Shown here: positions 25,278-32,000 of the stretch, piece after piece
How the letters are laid out: each line of letters opens with the position of its first letter
Position numbering within the stretch: position 1 is the stretch's first letter
Origin: Xanthomonas campestris pv. campestris str. ATCC 33913
GTDB taxonomy: Bacteria; Pseudomonadota; Gammaproteobacteria; Xanthomonadales; Xanthomonadaceae
Assembly: GCF_000007145.1 (NCBI RefSeq)
Contig: NC_003902.1
Location: 2,846,497-2,878,496 of the forward strand
Direction: 5' to 3'
DNA: 32,000 nucleotides
Program-made: the position numbers and the translations under genes
Notes under the pieces: generated by a model
What the model was told of the DNA's origin: nothing
The model's database searches: none
The model's input: only the letters and a program-made list of their open reading frames with translations

Positions 25278-26503
25278 GCCGCCACGCCCTGTACCGCGCG
25301 GGCGGGCGCATAGGGCGCCGGGTCGATCGCCGGCGTGCGCCCGAGCAGGCTGTCCACGATCACCCGTGCGCTCCCCAGCGCCGTGGTAACCCCCAAGCCC
25401 TCGTGGCCGGCCGCCACCCACACATCGCGCCGGCCCGGCACCGGCCCCAGATACGGCCGGCCATCCGGGGTGGCCGGGCGCAGGCCGGTCCATACCCGGA
25501 TCGCCTGCAGCTCGCGGAGTACCGGCAAATACGCGAAGGCGCGTTGCAGCATCTGCTGCAGGATCGGCATCGACAGCGTGCGGTCGTCCGCGCCGTATTG
25601 GCGCGAGGAGCCGATCAGGATCTGCCCGGTCGGCCGCGGTTGCACATTGAAGGCCACGCTGCTGTCGTCGGCGCCATGTGCGGAATCTGCATAGCCCAGT
25701 TCCAGCAACTGATGCCGGATCAGCCCCGGATGGCGGTCGGTGATCACCAGATGGCCCTTGCGCGGGCGCAGCGCCAGTTCGGGCAACAAGGCGGGCAAGG
25801 CCACGCCACTGGCAACCAGCACCGGCCCGGCCAGCGCCTGCCCATCATCCAGACGCACGCCGCCGACCTGCAGCTGCTCGACCTTGCGGCCGGCGAACAA
25901 GTGCGCGCCTGCGGTGCAAGCCAGGCTCACCAGATGCCGCGCCACCCGCGGCGGATACACCACTGCCTCGTCAGGCACGCGCATGCCACCCGCCAGGCCG
26001 GGCACCAGGTGTGGTTCCAGCGCGTAGAGCTGCGTGGCGTCGATCGCTTCGGCACGCAGGCCGGCGGCGGCCAGCCGCGCAATCTTGGCCGGCACCGCTG
26101 CCAGTTCGCGCGCATCGCGGGCCACCCACAGCGTGCCGCACCGGCTGAATTCGGCCTCGCTCAACTCGGCAAACCGCTCCCACAGGCGCAGCGAATACGC
26201 CGATAAGGCCAGCTCGGCGGGGTCGTCATCCATCGCCACCAGGTGCCCCATTGCCGCGGCGGTGGAGCCACCGCCGATCGGCCCCGGTTCCACGATCGCC
26301 ACGCGCAAGCCCTCGGCGGCGGCGGCCTCCGCGCAGGCCGCGCCAACGATGCCGGCGCCGACCACAATCAGGTCGTAGCTGCGGCGCGTTGAAGCGGCGG
26401 TGGCGTGCGTGTCGCTATGTGATGGCGGTGCGGCTTCGGGCACGGCAGTCGCCGCAGCAGGCGCTGCACCGGTACCGCCCTGCGCGCGCGGTGGCGGCTG
26501 CAT
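25274..26503 (-). CDS. lhpB: FAD-dependent oxidoreductase (DadA/DAO family), catalytic subunit of D-hydroxyproline dehydrogenase
   Basis: This is the lower part of ORF 25274..27532(-). The first in-frame ATG downstream of the epimerase gene is 26503 (TGATG junction). The Rossmann motif SYDLIVVGAGIVGAACAEAAAAEG follows a 43-aa Pro/Ala-rich leader, so the true start may be a non-ATG codon further in. C-terminal WTGLRPATPDGRPYLG and AAGHEGLGVT. Confidence 0.85.
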   Translation of the reverse strand: MQPPPRAQGGTGAAPAAATAVPEAAPPSHSDTHATAASTRRSYDLIVVGAGIVGAACAEAAAAEGLRVAIVEPGPIGGGSTAAAMGHLVAMDDDPAELALSAYSLRLWERFAELSEAEFSRCGTLWVARDARELAAVPAKIARLAAAGLRAEAIDATQLYALEPHLVPGLAGGMRVPDEAVVYPPRVARHLVSLACTAGAHLFAGRKVEQLQVGGVRLDDGQALAGPVLVASGVALPALLPELALRPRKGHLVITDRHPGLIRHQLLELGYADSAHGADDSSVAFNVQPRPTGQILIGSSRQYGADDRTLSMPILQQMLQRAFAYLPVLRELQAIRVWTGLRPATPDGRPYLGPVPGRRDVWVAAGHEGLGVTTALGSARVIVDSLLGRTPAIDPAPYAPARAVQGVAA

Positions 26504-27441
26504 CAGGCCACGATGCCCCAGGCGAATGGGTCGGCCGGATCGATCAGCAGTTGCGACCGCGCGGTGATGAACGCGTGCCCGCTGATGCGCGGCGCAATGC
26601 CACGCCCGCTGTGCCGGTAGCTGCCTTCGAACGCACTGCCGAGGATGCCTTGCTGCAGCCAGCGCTCGCCTTCGGCCAGCTTGCCGTCGGCGGCCAGGCA
26701 GGCCAGCTTCGCACTGGTGCCGGTGCCGCACGGCGAGCGGTCGTAGGCCAAGCCGGGGCACAGCACGAAGTTGCGTGCCGCGCCGCTGCCGTCCGGGGCC
26801 ACGCCGCTGATCTCGATATGGTCGATCTCCCCGCCCGCCTCGCCGGTGATGCCGGCCGCTTCCAGGGCCAGGCGGATCGCCTCGGTGTAGGCGGTGAGTT
26901 CGCGCTGCTGGGCCAGGCCCAACGCGCACGGCGCCTGCTCGGTGATGAAGAACCAATTGCCGCCCCAGGCCACGTCGCCGCGCACGCGGCCATGCCCGGG
27001 TACGTCCACTTCCACGCCGGCGGCGTGGCGGTAGCTTTCGACGTTGTCGATCGACACCGTGCCGTCGTCGGCCAGCGCCACGCCTACCGTGCCCACCGGC
27101 GTCTCGATGCGGTGCTGCCCCGGCGCGATGCGGCCCAGTTCGGCCAGCGTGCGCACCACGCCGATGGTGCCGTGCCCACACATGCCCAGGTAGCCGACGT
27201 TGTTGAAGAAGATCACCCCGGTGCAGGCGCTCGGGTCGCGTGGCGGCAGCAACAAGGCACCGACCATGGTGTCCGAGCCGCGCGGCTCGCAGGCAATGGC
27301 ACTGCGCCAGTGGTCGAAGTCGCTGCGGAAGCGCTCGCGGCACTGCGCCAGGTCGCCATCGCCCAGGTCGGGGAAGCCGGCCAGGACCACGCGGGTCGGT
27401 TCGCCTGCGGTATGGGAGTCGATGACGTCGATGGTGTGCAT
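26503..27441 (-). CDS. lhpA: 4-hydroxyproline 2-epimerase (proline racemase family, Cys/Cys type)
   Basis: [19 protein letters not shown]. Both catalytic Cys residues are present ([12 protein letters not shown] and [14 protein letters not shown]). 312 aa. First gene of the array. Confidence 0.93.
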   Translation of the reverse strand: MHTIDVIDSHTAGEPTRVVLAGFPDLGDGDLAQCRERFRSDFDHWRSAIACEPRGSDTMVGALLLPPRDPSACTGVIFFNNVGYLGMCGHGTIGVVRTLAELGRIAPGQHRIETPVGTVGVALADDGTVSIDNVESYRHAAGVEVDVPGHGRVRGDVAWGGNWFFITEQAPCALGLAQQRELTAYTEAIRLALEAAGITGEAGGEIDHIEISGVAPDGSGAARNFVLCPGLAYDRSPCGTGTSAKLACLAADGKLAEGERWLQQGILGSAFEGSYRHSGRGIAPRISGHAFITARSQLLIDPADPFAWGIVA

Positions 27442-27498
27442 GCCGCCATGCTCCCATCCACGGCGCGCGGGCGACTAGCGCGCAATGCGAGGCGCAAA

Positions 27499-27514
27499 TG
27501 CGGAAATCCGCACA
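27499..27514 (-). promoter_or_regulatory. Candidate operator TGCGGAAATCCGCACA (internal dyad TGCGGA-AA-TCCGCA) in the divergent regulator/hyp intergenic region
   Basis: Perfect 6-bp inverted repeat with a 2-nt spacer, 58-73 nt upstream of the epimerase ATG. Flanked by CAATGCG / CAAATGCG direct repeats (27484-27503), with a further CAAATGCG at 27586-27593. Near-identical copy at 7973-7988. Confidence 0.45.
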
Positions 27515-27602
27515 ATCGCCGACCTGATTCACAGCCGCGCGTTTGCGCTAGGATCGGGGTCGGGCCGCGCCTTTCGCGCGACCGACAAATGCGACCGCCA
27601 CG

Positions 27603-28319
27603 ATGACTCCGATGGACCTCAACCTGCCCGCGCTGGAAATGCAGACGTTGTTCGACGCGCTGCCGGATGTGGTGTTCTTCATCAAGGATGGCGAAGGCCG
27701 CTACACCCATTGCAACCTCACCCTGGTGCGCCGGCTCGGGCGCAAGCTGCGCAGCGAGATCATCGGCCGCTCGCCGCTGGAGGTATTCCCGCTGCCGCTG
27801 GGTGGCAGCTACATGATGCAGGACCGCCGCGTGCTGTGTGGCGAGCTCATCGACAACCAGCTGGAAGTGCACCTGTATCCCAATCGCCTGCCGGGTTGGT
27901 GCCTCACCTTCAAGCGCCCGCTGTGCGAAGGCGACGAGGTGATTGGAGTGGTCGGCATTTCGCGCGATCTTGGCCAGCCGGACAGCCGTCACTCGGCGTA
28001 CGAGCGCCTGAGCCAGGTGATGGACCACATGCAGGCCAACTTCGGCGACAACCTGCGCGTGCAGGCGCTGGCCGACCTGGCCGGGTTGTCGGTGGCGCAG
28101 CTGGAACGGCATTTCCGCCGCGTGTTCCAGGTGACGCCGCAGCAACTGCTGACCAAGTTACGCATCGAATCGGCGATGCGCCTGCTGTATGGCGACGACA
28201 GCATTGCCAGCATCGGCCAGCGCTGCGGCTTTGCCGACCAGAGCGCATTCGCGCGGCAATTCAAGGCCACGGTGGGCATGACCCCGCGCGACTACCGGGC
28301 GCTGAAAGGCCAGCTCTAA
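27603..28319 (+). CDS. AraC-family transcriptional regulator with an N-terminal PAS-like sensor domain; likely hydroxyproline-responsive regulator (LhpR-like)
   Basis: PAS-like LFDALPDVVFFIKDGEGRYTHCNLTLVRRLG...VIGVVGISRDL. C-terminal double HTH LADLAGLSVAQLERHFRRVF...IASIGQRCGFADQSAFARQFKATVGMTPRDYR. Divergent from the Hyp operon. ATG 27612 is an alternative start. Confidence 0.9.
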   Translation: MTPMDLNLPALEMQTLFDALPDVVFFIKDGEGRYTHCNLTLVRRLGRKLRSEIIGRSPLEVFPLPLGGSYMMQDRRVLCGELIDNQLEVHLYPNRLPGWCLTFKRPLCEGDEVIGVVGISRDLGQPDSRHSAYERLSQVMDHMQANFGDNLRVQALADLAGLSVAQLERHFRRVFQVTPQQLLTKLRIESAMRLLYGDDSIASIGQRCGFADQSAFARQFKATVGMTPRDYRALKGQL

Positions 28320-28480
28320 GACCGCGGCAGCACGCCGTGAGGGCGTATGCCGCAGATGCAGAATTCGGCAGGATTGCAGCCGGGCCGCGAGGCCCGTGGC
28401 GCTGGCTGCGCTGAAGGACGCGTCAAGGGCCGAACCGGGCCCGGATGGTAGAATTCCGCGTTTCCCCTACTGCGTTGCCA

Positions 28481-30085
28481 ATGGCCAGCTTCTTCCGTCG
28501 CAACAAGCCAACCACGCCCGACAGCTCGCGGACCTCGCGCTACAGCCTGGAAGAACTGGCAGCCGCATTCCCCACGGCGCCATCGGCTGCCACGCCAGCC
28601 GCTCCGCCCGCGCCCACCCAGACACCGCCTGCCAGCGCGCCGACCACACCGGTCGCGCCGGTTGCAGCGCCCAGCACGCCGGCTGCAGAAACGCCAACGC
28701 CAACAGCGCCGGCCGCACCCGCTGAACAACTGGCGCAGGACATCGCCGCACGCACCGGGCAGGCGCAGAGCATTGCCGCGGTGCCCAGCGCCCCCACGCC
28801 GGCGCCAGCCGCTGCGCCCTCGGCGCTGCAGGCATTGCCGGATCCGGTTGCGCCGAGCGCGCCTGCCACCGCCACGCCCGTCGTTGTGGTGCCTACGCCA
28901 CAGCCCCTGCCACAGGCCGCACCTGCTGCACCGCTGCAAGCGCCGACCCCGGCAGTCACGCCAGCCGCGCAAGTAGCCACGCCGCAGGTGGCGGTACCGC
29001 CCGTGGTGCCTGCACCGGCCGCGCCTGCGGTGCCCGCAGCGACACCGCCCGCCGCATACGCGCCAGCTCCGGCAGCGCCCGTGGTCACCACACCGGTGGC
29101 TGCGCCCACGCACCTCGTGCAGGACAGCGGCATCGACACCCACGACAGCCTGCCTGCCGCGCCGGCCGGCAAGCCGGGCTGGCGCGAGCGCCTGCGCAAC
29201 AGCACCTTTGCGCGCAGCTTTGGCGGCCTGTTCTCCCGTAACCCCAAGCTCGACGACGACCTGCTCGACGAGATCGAGACCGCGTTGATCACCGCCGACG
29301 TCGGCATCGGCGCCACCACCGCGCTGGTCGAAGGCCTGCGCAAGCGCATGAAGTCGCGCGAGTTCGTCGATGCCCAGGCCATGTTCAAGGCCTTTCGCGC
29401 CGACCTCATCGCACTGCTGCAGCCGGTCTCCAAACCGCTGGTGATCGACCGCTCGGTCAAGCCGTTCGTGGTGCTGACCGTCGGCGTCAACGGCGTCGGC
29501 AAGACCACCACCATCGGCAAGCTCGCCAAGCGCTTCAAGGACGACGGCCACAGCCTGATGCTGGCCGCCGGCGACACCTTCCGTGCCGCCGCGGTGGCCC
29601 AGCTGCAGGCCTGGGGCGATCGCAATGGCGTGGCCGTGATTGCGCAGGGACAGAACGCCGATGCCGCTTCGGTGGCGTTCGACGCACTGCAGGCCGCCAA
29701 GGCCCGTGGCACCGAGGTGCTGATTGCCGATACCGCTGGCCGCCTGCACACGCAGACCGGGCTGATGAACGAGCTGGGCAAAATCCGCCGCGTGCTCGGC
29801 AAGATCGATGCCGCCGCGCCGCACGAAGTGCTGATGGTCATCGACGGCACCACCGGCCAGAACGCCATCTCGCAGCTGCGCCAGTTCCACGCGGCCGTCG
29901 GCGTCACCGGCCTGGTGGTGACCAAGCTCGATGGCACCGCCAAGGGCGGCGTGGTATTTGCGCTGGCCCGCGAGTTCGGCATTCCAATCCGCTTCGCCGG
30001 CATCGGCGAGCGCCCGGAAGACCTGCGCGTGTTCGACCCGGAAGCGTTTGTCGATGCGCTGCTGCCAGAAGCGCTGGGCAGCTGA
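28481..30085 (+). CDS. ftsY: Signal recognition particle receptor FtsY, with a long Pro/Ala/Thr-rich N-terminal domain
   Basis: ORF 28445..30085(+). Preferred start is ATG 28481 (MASFFRRNKP...). SRP-GTPase motifs GVNGVGKTTTIGKLA, DTAGRLH and TKLDGTAKGG. Confidence 0.93.
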   Translation: MASFFRRNKPTTPDSSRTSRYSLEELAAAFPTAPSAATPAAPPAPTQTPPASAPTTPVAPVAAPSTPAAETPTPTAPAAPAEQLAQDIAARTGQAQSIAAVPSAPTPAPAAAPSALQALPDPVAPSAPATATPVVVVPTPQPLPQAAPAAPLQAPTPAVTPAAQVATPQVAVPPVVPAPAAPAVPAATPPAAYAPAPAAPVVTTPVAAPTHLVQDSGIDTHDSLPAAPAGKPGWRERLRNSTFARSFGGLFSRNPKLDDDLLDEIETALITADVGIGATTALVEGLRKRMKSREFVDAQAMFKAFRADLIALLQPVSKPLVIDRSVKPFVVLTVGVNGVGKTTTIGKLAKRFKDDGHSLMLAAGDTFRAAAVAQLQAWGDRNGVAVIAQGQNADAASVAFDALQAAKARGTEVLIADTAGRLHTQTGLMNELGKIRRVLGKIDAAAPHEVLMVIDGTTGQNAISQLRQFHAAVGVTGLVVTKLDGTAKGGVVFALAREFGIPIRFAGIGERPEDLRVFDPEAFVDALLPEALGS

Positions 30086-30098
30086 TTCCACGCCTGCT

Positions 30099-30122
30099 GC
30101 AGTGCTGCACGCATGCAGCACT
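30099..30122 (+). terminator. Perfect 10-bp stem / 4-nt loop hairpin 14 nt after the ftsY stop (no U-tract)
   Basis: cagtgctgca-cgca-tgcagcactg. Confidence 0.35.
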
Positions 30123-30496
30123 GGCGCTGGGGTCCAGATGGCTGCGCGGATGCATTCACCGCGCTGCGTCTGCACTGGCCAGGCAGCTGCGGGATTGCGC
30201 TGCAGCGGCCACCTTCAGCCGATGCAGCGGGAGGCGCTGCGGCATGCGCCTCTGGCGCGGCGCAGGTTTGCCATCTGCAGCGCGTGATCGACCCTGCAGC
30301 GTCTGATCGACAAAGTACCGGCGTGGCAGTGCCATCAAGGGCGGCCGGATGTGCAGCTAGCCATAAGGCGCGATGCCTATCCACGCAGCAAACACGCACC
30401 TTGGTGCGCTGCTGAGTGCCGAGGTCAAGCCACCGACGCCTACACTGCACGATGGTGGCATTGCGTCTCAGCTCGCACGAAGCGCGCAGCCGCATG

Positions 30497-30525
30497 CGGG
30501 ATGAAGTCACCACCCCGCTTTTTTT
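30497..30525 (+). terminator. Weak hairpin plus T7 tract about 50 nt upstream of mutY (terminator-like)
   Basis: gcgggatgaagtcaccaccccgc followed by ttttttt. The stem is GCGGG/CCCGC plus 2 inner pairs. This is the only plus-strand T-run I found in the ftsY-mutY spacer. Confidence 0.25.
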
Positions 30526-30572
30526 GCACACCAACCGCCTTGACCCTTCGCCTTCCCACGCCAGCAGACCCC

Positions 30573-31643
30573 ATGCCCGTACCCGCCACGCTCACCACCG
30601 ATGCGTTCGTCGACCGTCTGCTGCACTGGTTCGACGGCCACGGCCGGCACGACCTGCCCTGGCAGCATCCGCGCGCGCCCTACCGGGTGTGGTTGTCGGA
30701 AATCATGTTGCAGCAGACCCAGGTCGCGGTGGTGATCCCGTACTTCCAGAAGTTCGTCGCCAGCTTCCCGACCCTGGCCGATCTGGCCGCCGCCGACAAC
30801 GACACGGTGATGGCGCACTGGGCCGGGCTGGGTTACTACGCGCGTGCTCGCAACCTGCATGCCGCCGCCAAGCAGTGCGTGGCCTTGCATGCAGGCGAGT
30901 TGCCGCGCGATTTCGATGCGCTGCTGGCGCTGCCCGGCATCGGCCGCAGCACCGCCGGCGCGATCCTCAGCCAGGCCTGGAACGACCGCTTTCCAATCAT
31001 GGATGGCAACGTCAAACGCGTACTCACGCGCATCCACGGCATTGCCGGCTATCCCGGCTTGCCAGTCGTGGAAAAACAGCTATGGCAGTTGGCGGCGAAC
31101 CATGTCGCCCACGTGCCCGCCGGCCGCCTGGCCGACTACACGCAGGCACAGATGGATTTCGGCGCCACGCTGTGCACGCGCGCCAGACCGGCGTGCATGG
31201 TGTGCCCGCTGCAGGAAAACTGCGTGGCGCGCCGCGAAGGCCTGGTCGAGGCACTGCCCACGCCCAAGCCCGGCAAGCAATTGCCCGAGCGCGAGGCCAC
31301 CGCGCTGCTGCTGGAAAACGCGCACAACGAGATCCTGCTGCAACGCCGCCCGCCCACCGGCATCTGGGCGTCGCTGTGGACGCTGCCACAAGCCGAAACC
31401 GACAGCGACCTGCGTGAGTGGTTCGCCGCGCATATCGATGGCGATTACGACCGTGCCGACGAAATGCCGATGATCGTGCACACCTTCAGCCACTACCGTC
31501 TGCATTTGCAGCCACTGCGCCTGCGCAAGGTCGCGCTGCGCCAGGTGCTGCGCGACAACGACGACCTGCGTTGGGTGGCACGCGCAGACCTTGCAACGCT
31601 GGGTCTGCCGGCGCCGATCCGCAAATTGCTCGACGCGTTGTAA
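30573..31643 (+). CDS. mutY: A/G-specific adenine DNA glycosylase MutY
   Basis: ORF 30351..31643(+). Start placed at ATG 30573 (MPVPATLTTDAFVDRLLHWFDGHGRHDLPWQ). VWLSEIMLQQTQV, HhH-GPD LPGIGRSTAGAIL, and the 4Fe-4S loop CTRARPACMVCPLQENC (C-x6-C-x2-C-x5-C). C-terminal NUDIX-like domain. Confidence 0.93.
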   Translation: MPVPATLTTDAFVDRLLHWFDGHGRHDLPWQHPRAPYRVWLSEIMLQQTQVAVVIPYFQKFVASFPTLADLAAADNDTVMAHWAGLGYYARARNLHAAAKQCVALHAGELPRDFDALLALPGIGRSTAGAILSQAWNDRFPIMDGNVKRVLTRIHGIAGYPGLPVVEKQLWQLAANHVAHVPAGRLADYTQAQMDFGATLCTRARPACMVCPLQENCVARREGLVEALPTPKPGKQLPEREATALLLENAHNEILLQRRPPTGIWASLWTLPQAETDSDLREWFAAHIDGDYDRADEMPMIVHTFSHYRLHLQPLRLRKVALRQVLRDNDDLRWVARADLATLGLPAPIRKLLDAL

Positions 31644-31794
31644 ACGCGCCGCACGAGAACCACGTGCGCAGGCAACCGCGGCTCGGCTTTGACAGAACAC
31701 GGGCTTACACTGCGACTCCAGCGCACCGTGTGTTGGTTGAGCCCTGCACACCTGCATCGCCCACATCACGCGCGCCCCATACAAGGAACTTTGC

Positions 31795-32000
31795 ATGTCC
31801 CGCACCGTGTTCTGCCAGTACCAGCAATGCGACACCGAAGGCCTGGATTTTGCGCCGTATCCGGGCGAGCTCGGCCAACGCATCTTCGCGCAGATTGGCA
31901 AGGCCGGCTGGCAGGCCTGGCTTGCGCACCAGACCATGCTGATCAACGAAAACCGGCTCTCGCCGCGTGACCCCAAGCACCGCGCCTTCCTCGAGGCGGA
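31795..32000 (+). CDS. yggX: Fe(2+)-trafficking / oxidative-damage protection protein YggX (3' end beyond the window)
   Basis: Not in the ORF track because it has no stop in the window. AAGGA lies 7 nt upstream of ATG 31795. [57 protein letters not shown]... closely parallels E. coli YggX (MSRTIFCTF...YPGELGKRIY...QTMLINEKKLN). mutY-yggX synteny is conserved. Confidence 0.9.

Noticed and set aside
25274-27532. 752-aa ORF suggesting a fused epimerase-region/oxidoreductase protein
   Set aside because: Upstream of 26503 this frame is an out-of-frame read of the epimerase gene (Arg/Pro/Gly-rich). The epimerase frame 26503..27441 has the proline-racemase motifs, so the oxidoreductase starts at or after 26503.
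27213-28145. 310-aa minus-strand ORF across the regulator gene and the hyp promoter
   Set aside because: It is antisense to a clear PAS-AraC coding frame and spans the intergenic region. It has no motifs and no SD.
28316-30534. Two very long minus-strand ORFs (619 aa and 664 aa) antisense to ftsY
   Set aside because: They are created by the stop-poor Pro/Ala-rich and GC-rich ftsY sequence. Their products are Arg/Gly/Cys- or Ala/Gly-rich repeats without motifs. The plus-strand frame carries unambiguous SRP-GTPase motifs.
30351-30572. N-terminal extensions of track ORFs (mutY from 30351; also 8085-8582, 7893-7946, 4938-5039, 17654-17701, 22637-22723, 23730-23972, 25040-25255)
   Set aside because: The extensions are Arg/Cys/Trp-rich, lack homology-like sequence and run through intergenic DNA. 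Internal ATGs give proper signal peptides, Rossmann folds or stop-start coupling.
31689-31694. Consensus TTGACA hexamer upstream of yggX as a -35 box
   Set aside because: No acceptable -10 hexamer lies at 16-18 nt spacing. The best candidate, TACACT, is only 11 nt away, so I do not call a promoter.

Overview
Visibly GC-rich chromosomal segment (third codon positions are almost always G/C). Gene content and GTAG-type palindromic repeats look like Xanthomonas or a close Xanthomonadaceae relative. I support 20 protein-coding genes and found no rRNA, tRNA, CRISPR array, transposase or integrase. The core (10184-27441, minus strand) is a 12-gene co-directional array. It joins a complete L-hydroxyproline to 2-oxoglutarate pathway (4-Hyp epimerase, three-component D-Hyp dehydrogenase, Pyr4H2C deaminase, KGSA dehydrogenase) to a cytoplasmic prolidase, two tandem DUF885 paralogues, an APC permease, an S9 DPP-IV-like peptidase and a GH35-like glycosidase. 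Seven junctions in this array are overlapping stop/start codons. A divergent PAS-AraC regulator sits upstream. Downstream lie an orphan mini FlgC-like gene, a TraB/GumN/Tiki-like gene, and a TonB-dependent receptor flanked by two large secreted proteins of unknown family. The right end carries housekeeping ftsY, mutY and yggX. Main second-look items: (1) the S9 peptidase loses its catalytic His through two +1 shifts in G4 runs; (2) a roughly 210-bp tandem duplication carries a REP hairpin plus the SD and signal-peptide start of the DUF885 lipoprotein, and its copies differ only synonymously in the first 16 codons; (3) a 16-nt dyad motif is shared 15/16 between the hyp promoter region and the promoter region of the Tat-protein gene; (4) the locus as a whole may be a Hyp-rich (glyco)peptide utilisation system. 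All family calls come from motif recognition by eye; no searches were run.
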